Positions 59,901-64,000 of a stretch of DNA of 64,000 nt are shown here, in pieces. This DNA comes from Podarcis liolepis (Eukaryota), in assembly GCA_965112155.1 (NCBI GenBank), contig OZ218104.1; one strand, written 5' to 3'. The notes beneath the pieces are model-generated. The model saw only the letters and a list, made by a program, of their open reading frames with translations, was not told the origin of the DNA and searched no databases. The translations under genes and the position numbers were made by a program. Position 1 is the first letter of the stretch, and the number at the start of each line of letters is the position of its first letter.

Positions 59901-59910
59901 ACTTGCCGAC
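38355..59910 (-). CDS. GLG1: Golgi glycoprotein 1 (CFR/ESL-1/MG160), last 19 coding exons; 5' part outside the window
   Basis: Repeated Cys-rich GLG1 units (DYRLNPVL..C..DI..FC), TM segment ILSVISVGICILFLIGLMCG and tail RITKRVTRELKDR*. 2306 nt in the window, all phases consistent. Confidence 0.98.
39864..39970 (-). CDS. GLG1: GLG1 exon
   Basis: MSCLMEALEDKRVRLQPECKKRLNDRIEMWSYAAK; cag|..|gtgagc. Confidence 0.95.
40550..40670 (-). CDS. GLG1: GLG1 exon
   Basis: EVLNMLKESKADIFVDPVLHTACALDIKHHCAAIPPGRGR; tag|..|gtaagt. Confidence 0.95.
41192..41299 (-). CDS. GLG1: GLG1 exon
   Basis: ISSLCAEEAAAQEQTGQVEECLKVNLLKIKADMCKK; aag|..|gtaaag. Confidence 0.95.
42160..42261 (-). CDS. GLG1: GLG1 exon
   Basis: RLSPDCEDQIRVIIEESALDYRLDPQLQMHCSEE; cag|..|gtagga. 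Confidence 0.95.
43465..43607 (-). CDS. GLG1: GLG1 exon
   Basis: YRLNPVLRKACKADIPKFC..VISCLKLKYADQ; tag|..|gtgaat. Confidence 0.95.
44690..45175 (-). mobile_element. Degenerate L2-like LINE fragment; related pieces near 25200-25530, 47760-48130, 14540-14770
   Basis: GAGAGTTCCA, AGGGCTTTATAAGGTCATAACCAGCACTTTGAATTG, ATTACAGTAGTCCAG are typical antisense L2 ORF2 C-terminal motifs. Confidence 0.6.
45252..45375 (-). CDS. GLG1: GLG1 exon
   Basis: RFCPEADAKNMLQCLKQNKNSEMMDPKCKQMITKRQITQNT; cag|..|gtaatg. Confidence 0.95.
46455..46592 (-). CDS. GLG1: GLG1 exon
   Basis: IIECLKENKKQLSTRCHQKVFKLQETEMMDPELDYTLMRVCKQMIK; cag|..|gtaagg. Confidence 0.95.
47261..47295. repeat. (GA)n microsatellite
   Basis: 35-bp pure GA run. 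Confidence 0.97.
47319..47411 (-). CDS. GLG1: GLG1 exon
   Basis: TEDIRLEPDLHEACKSDIRDYCQNVPYGNAQ; cag|..|gtgatc. Confidence 0.95.
47941..48076. mobile_element. hAT-type MITE, 136 bp, nested in an L2-like fragment
   Basis: TIRs CAGCTTTTCTCAACC / GGTTGAGAAAAGCTG; 8-bp TSD CCCTTGAA/CCCTAGAA (1 mismatch). Confidence 0.88.
48214..48282. repeat. Compound microsatellite (CA)n(GATAGA)n(GA)n
   Basis: Direct reading. Confidence 0.95.
48578..48695 (-). CDS. GLG1: GLG1 exon
   Basis: VDVVICLSTIVRNDTLRDAKEHQVSMKCRKQLRVEELEM; cag|..|gtaaaa. Confidence 0.95.
48830..48918 (-). CDS. GLG1: GLG1 exon
   Basis: VQMKDFRFSYKFKMACKEDVLKLCPNIKK; tag|..|gtatgt. Confidence 0.95.
49386..49499 (-). CDS. GLG1: GLG1 exon
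   Basis: EVADNQIDSGDLMECLIQNKHQKEMNEKCAIGVTHFQL; cag|..|gtgagt. Confidence 0.95.
50379..50441 (-). CDS. GLG1: GLG1 exon
   Basis: DIQIEALMMRACEPIIQTFCH; tag|..|gtaagt. Confidence 0.95.
50862..50928. repeat. (AAAG)n microsatellite
   Basis: About 16 uninterrupted units. Confidence 0.97.
51163..51249 (-). CDS. GLG1: GLG1 exon
   Basis: ELECLQDHLDDLAAECRDIVGNLTELESE; tag|..|gtaagt. Confidence 0.95.
51688..51825 (-). CDS. GLG1: GLG1 exon
   Basis: LSRECRAEVQRILHQRALDVKLDPALQDKC..TETGQ; cag|..|gtatct. Confidence 0.95.
53413..53566 (-). CDS. GLG1: GLG1 exon
   Basis: LDLVLYRKCQGDASRLCHTRGWNETSE..HAYRTEEQGRR; cag|..|gtaagc. Confidence 0.95.
53735..54101. mobile_element. Older Tigger/pogo-like MITE
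   Basis: TA+CAGGTCACTCGCAGCTT at the left end, AAGTTGCGAGTCACCT at the right end (imperfect TIR, 2 mismatches in 16 bp). Confidence 0.65.
55090..55191 (-). CDS. GLG1: GLG1 exon
   Basis: ILSCLMEHLYTEKMVEDCEHRLLELQYFISRDW; tag|..|gtgagt. Confidence 0.95.
55196..55312. repeat. Tandem repeat, 39 bp x 3
   Basis: GGAAAGAAAGTCATGTTATATTGATATATGCAATCTTCA at 55196, 55235 and 55274 (one substitution in the third copy). Confidence 0.97.
55670..55791 (-). CDS. GLG1: GLG1 exon
   Basis: LQTLIQEADPGADYRIDRALNEACESVIQTACKHIRAGDP; cag|..|gtaagt. Confidence 0.95.
59563..59615. repeat. Perfect inverted repeat: 22-bp arms, 9-nt loop
   Basis: TTTAATGTTTTGAACCAGAGCC-tgacttatc-GGCTCTGGTTCAAAACATTAAA. Confidence 0.97.
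59696..59910 (-). CDS. GLG1: GLG1 exon
   Basis: RQVSSECQGEMLDYRRMLMEDFSLSPEI..CQQS; tag|..|gtaagg. Confidence 0.95.
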
Positions 59911-61463
59911 CTAAGGCACACCGTAGTAGATACAGGTTATAAGACATCAGCCCAAGGGACACTGAACATAGCCAAGGTACATGCCACATGTGCAATGCAG
60001 CCCCAGCAGTGTGACCAGTGCCATTCTGCTTTTAAAGATTACATCAAATGACACACCAAGAAAACAAATTCTATGCAGAAATCCAGAGCTAACTGGGAAG
60101 GAAGATAGTGCCAGGCAGCTGGAATCCCTAAAGAGCCACAAGCACTACTGCCATTAGCTCTACCATTTCAGAGCTATTTTGCAGCCTCTCCTTATCACAG
60201 GGTTGTATTCTATTTCTTCACAGGCAATCAGAGAAAACACCAGGTTGCACTGGAGTGTGCATAGCAATCAGGACTGTGCCTCCTCTGTGCACATGTGCAC
60301 AAATATCCTTTACAAGGACACCAGTTTTAATCTATTGGATACACTGTGATTGAAGCATGTGAGCAGCAATGGAATAAATTGCCAAAGCAGTGAAGGGGAA
60401 GGCCAGGGAGAGAAAAGGAGCTGAACAAGGCTTCCATGGATCAATGATAGGTCTTCAGTGATGTGTGTAGCTTGTCATCCTTCCTTTAGTCAGTAGCAAA
60501 AGATACAAAGAGAAAATATTCTCATTTCTGAGTACCGTAACTTGATTATATTGATTTTGACTTTCTTCAGCAGAGGAGTCAGAAAAAATTGACACTCAAC
60601 ACAAATATTTTCTATCTCAGGACTAGCAGGGTGCTGGTGGTGGCACCCACTGCCTTTTAAGCCTGCCCTGCATATATAAAAGAATGCTGCCACACATTTC
60701 TAGACTACTTCATAAAGGGATAATAACTGTTCTGATTCAGAGAAAGATGCCTTAGCAGTAGGTTTAACAAACCACAGCAGGTAGAAAAAACAGGTCCTTC
60801 TGGACCACTAGTTGCCTATCCATCTATTCATTGGTGAGCAACCATCTGTCTGAGGGCCATTTTATGCAGCCCCCAATGTCTCCTGAAGCTGTCCTACCCT
60901 TTCATTTTATCAGAGTTGTTGCCTTCCTTCTGGTTCATTTCCTCCTTCCTTTCCCTGGCTCTTAAAAAGGTGTTTCCTTTTCTTTTTATGTAGTTTCAAT
61001 ACAAATGAAAGGTGCAGGATTCTATTTGATAAACTGATATTTTGTGTGTGTGCTTTTTTCCTGGTTGCATGGTTTAAGGAGGAAAGATGTATAAATGAGT
61101 ATCTCCACCAAACTTAGTGGGGTTTATTTCTGAAAAGACCTGATTAGGATTCTAATCTGCAGTAGCTATGATAAAATTGAAGCAAGGGCAGTCTTTACTC
61201 TGGATTAGCAGTCCAGAACATGTTGTCTTTGCTTCTGCTGATCATCAACTCCACCCAACCACCTGCATGCGGCTTCCAACGTATTATTTATGAGGAAATG
61301 CAGGACTTGATGATTTTTTTAAAAAAGGTTGCCTACCCCTGTGTTTAATAATGCTTTTAGAGCTCTGCAGGTGGGGGGAAAGAACACCATAACCTGAAAA
61401 CAGAGACTATCAAGATCACACACTGCCAAATGCAACATGCTGAATTTGCAGAAAGTGAACCAT

Positions 61464-61554
61464 AGCTAGAGAAAAACACCCAGCTTTACTGGATATTGCA
61501 CCAAGGCCAGCTAGAGAAAAACACCCAGCTTTACTAGATATTCCCCCAAGGCCA
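61464..61554. repeat. Tandem duplication, period 45 bp
   Basis: AGCTAGAGAAAAACACCCAGCTTTACT..GATATT..CCAAGGCCA occurs twice. Confidence 0.9.
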
Positions 61555-63616
61555 CCTGACCGGTTTGAATGGAATCTCAATGCCAAACCATCAAGCCAGG
61601 GGGGGACTCAAGGGGAGTCCCACACTTCTCCTCAGCTATGCCAAGCAGAAAGATACTAACATTTACTTTTCCTTGGAAAGAATAAAGACTACGAACATTA
61701 ACTTTAACATCTTTAGTGAATTGCTCAAAAGCTCCCTGGTGTAAAAACTTGAGTGTGGCCTGTCACAGCAGAGAAGTAACTAAGCAAATAGGTTGTCCAC
61801 AATGTTACCCATTCAGAGAATTCCCAAAGGCATGAGATGGCTTCTCCCTTGGCTAAGGGCTATTCAGCGCAGAACAGCTTGCAGACATGGCCTTGTGCTT
61901 TGGAAAAGAAGCCTAGTCTGCCATTCTCACACTCAGATCTGCCTGACCTTCTAGAGGACAACAGTGGAATGCACTAAGCTACACTTGACACTACAGACAG
62001 AAACAGTCTTCAAAGCACGTCAGCAAACCCAGAGCCCTCAGAGTTTTCCATACAGCCACATTCCATTTCACTCCCTTCCTCAAACTGCTGCCTCCCCAAA
62101 TTCATGCTCCCACAAGCCCATACAATGTCTTCTCCATGTAAATCACATTGCCTCTGCCCCTTATTAGCAACACAATTGCTTGGCAAGCTGGGAAGAGCAT
62201 GGCTGTGATGAAGATGATGGCACATGGAAGGGCGGTAAACTCTCCCTGTGTTTGTCTTTCCCATGGAGTGTGTCTATGTTTGTGTGAATGGGTCCAACCA
62301 TCATTGGCTCCAGCCACACCTACTGGAATGGAGCACCTGCCACTACACTTGAACCTGAACAATAAAAAAGATATCCACCTCTGCACCAAAGGGAGTCAGT
62401 CTGTTACAGCCTAAATAATGTATATGTTGGCTCAGGTGTAAATCAATTAGATTCAAATGTAACTTTGAAAATATGAAGTTGGTGTTATATAATAGCTATA
62501 GCTTTTATAGTTTAGAGGTCTGTCCTTCTGCAAATACTAACAAGTTACATTTAATAGACTGATGTCACTGAGAACCCTGGGGAGCCAGCTGTTGTGCAGA
62601 TAATAGTGAACTAGCTGGATCAATGGTCTGGTATTATGGACACGTGTTTTATTGTCAGTGAATTCTGCAGCATGTTCTTGGCACCATAAAGATGCTTTAG
62701 TGGTGGATTTATTCTGCTTTATCAGTTGTTCTGCAATGCCACATTATTGCTGTCTGGAGGAGCTATAGCACAACAAACCCAGTACAAAAACAAACCCCAC
62801 CAACAACATTTTTGGTATGAAAAGTTCTGGGATTCAGCAGAAGTTCCAGGACATGCACTGACTGGAAAATAAGCATTTGAATACCCCAAACTTTTGCATG
62901 TGCCAAAAGTATTGAAGCAGAATCATTTAAGACTGGCCTGGTAGTGTAAGCACAAATCATCATGAATTAGCAATAAAAAGGATGCCTGGGGGGACCCTGT
63001 AAGGTAAATGCTTAACAACTGACTCCCAATACTCCTCTAAGTGAACCAATACATCCCCCACTAGGCTGCATGAAAAGGGCTAAACATGCCCTCAGTGGCT
63101 ACTGTTGTTTTCTTCTAACCTAGAAGAAATGCATGCTAGGAACACATAAAAGAAAGCCGACTTGCTCTGTTGCTCTCCGGAGAGATGGGATTAATCATGC
63201 AAGTGTGGCATTCTGATTAGAATCTGGGCAAGGCCTAGTAGTTCTGATGGCTGTGGTAAATCTGTGCTTGGGCTGTACCACTTCAGACTGCAGATGGGGC
63301 TCACATGATGAATGATCCTCCATATGAAACATTCTCTGCAGAAAGGAAAACTGACACTTCTGAAAGAAGAATTCTAACCGTGGCATGCTCATTTTCTAGG
63401 TATGGGAATTTATTTTCACAGGGGAGCATGCCATCAAGTGAGCCCCCACTTACAACAGCAGTCACAGCTGTCATTGCTCTCCATGAGAACTAAGCCCATG
63501 TTGTATTATGGAACGGCAAGATAGAGAATACAACAGAACAGCTAGAACTTCTTTCTCCTGGGCAACTGTGAATGGTCTGCTGACATAAGACAGGCTAGCC
63601 CCTTAACATGCTTCAT

Positions 63617-63882
63617 TGCGAGAAGTAAGGTTACAGAGAACCAGACAGAGGGCCTTCTCGGTAGTGGCGCCTGCCCTGTGGAACGCCCTCCCAGCAGATG
63701 TCAAAGCAATAAACAACTATTTTACTTTTAAAAGACAACTGAAGGCAGCTCTCTTTAGGGAAGTTTTTAATGTCTGATGCTGTACTGTTTTTAATATTCA
63801 GTTGGAAGCCACCCAGAGTGGCTGGGGAAATCCAGCCAGATGGGTGGGGTATAAATAATAAATTATTAATTATTAATTATTA

Positions 63883-63925
<43 letters not shown>
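63617..63925 (+). mobile_element. L2-like LINE 3' end with a (TAT)n tail
   Basis: AGGGCCTTCTCGGTAGTGGCGCC..CTGTGGAACGCCCTCCC (RAFSVVAP-LWNALP), GAAGCCACCCAGAG..GGGGTATAAATAA, then a TAT microsatellite. Confidence 0.8.
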
Positions 63926-63928
<3 letters not shown>

Positions 63929-64000
63929 GTCTGACCTAGAACCAGCCTCATGCAAAGAAGCAAAGGTAGCAAACTGAAACATCAAGTGTCAAGGCTCAGG

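Noticed and set aside
60000-64000. Further GLG1 exon upstream of 59910
   Set aside because: No segment with GLG1-like coding sequence bounded by AG/GT was found; the next exon appears to lie beyond the window.
1-64000. A novel multi-gene biological system (operon, defence island, viral insert)
   Set aside because: All convincing coding sequence is explained by three known vertebrate gene families and retroelement remnants; no viral, bacterial or unexplained long ORFs were seen.

Overview
Vertebrate genomic DNA, intron-rich, with a repeat content typical of squamates (probably a lacertid lizard; inferred from the SINE/CR1/MITE types). Three protein-coding genes were reconstructed by hand from GT-AG boundaries, with consistent phases at every junction. 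(1) The last five coding exons of a fibulin-7-like gene (+, 274-4433). (2) A complete PDPR gene (-, 17 coding exons, 10698-29319, 2640 nt = 879 aa + stop), with a probable non-coding first exon in a CpG island at about 31.3-32.2 kb and a ~3 kb 3' UTR. (3) The last 19 coding exons of GLG1 (-, 38355-59910, ~768 C-terminal residues), with a 3' UTR of up to ~4 kb; its 5' exons lie beyond the window. The rest is introns and UTRs carrying a young 5'-truncated CR1 LINE, older CR1/L2 fragments, tRNA-derived SINEs, hAT and pogo/Tc1-mariner MITEs and microsatellites. Almost all ORFs in the supplied track are chance ORFs or exon read-throughs. I found no evidence for a new multi-gene system. The best leads are local: a fibulin-7 paralogue in a non-FBLN7 locus, a perfect 22-bp intronic hairpin in GLG1, a triplicated 3' splice-site region in GLG1, and CR1-tail remnants sitting in the branch-point/polypyrimidine zone of two PDPR acceptors. 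Homology statements rest on recalled sequences, not database searches.
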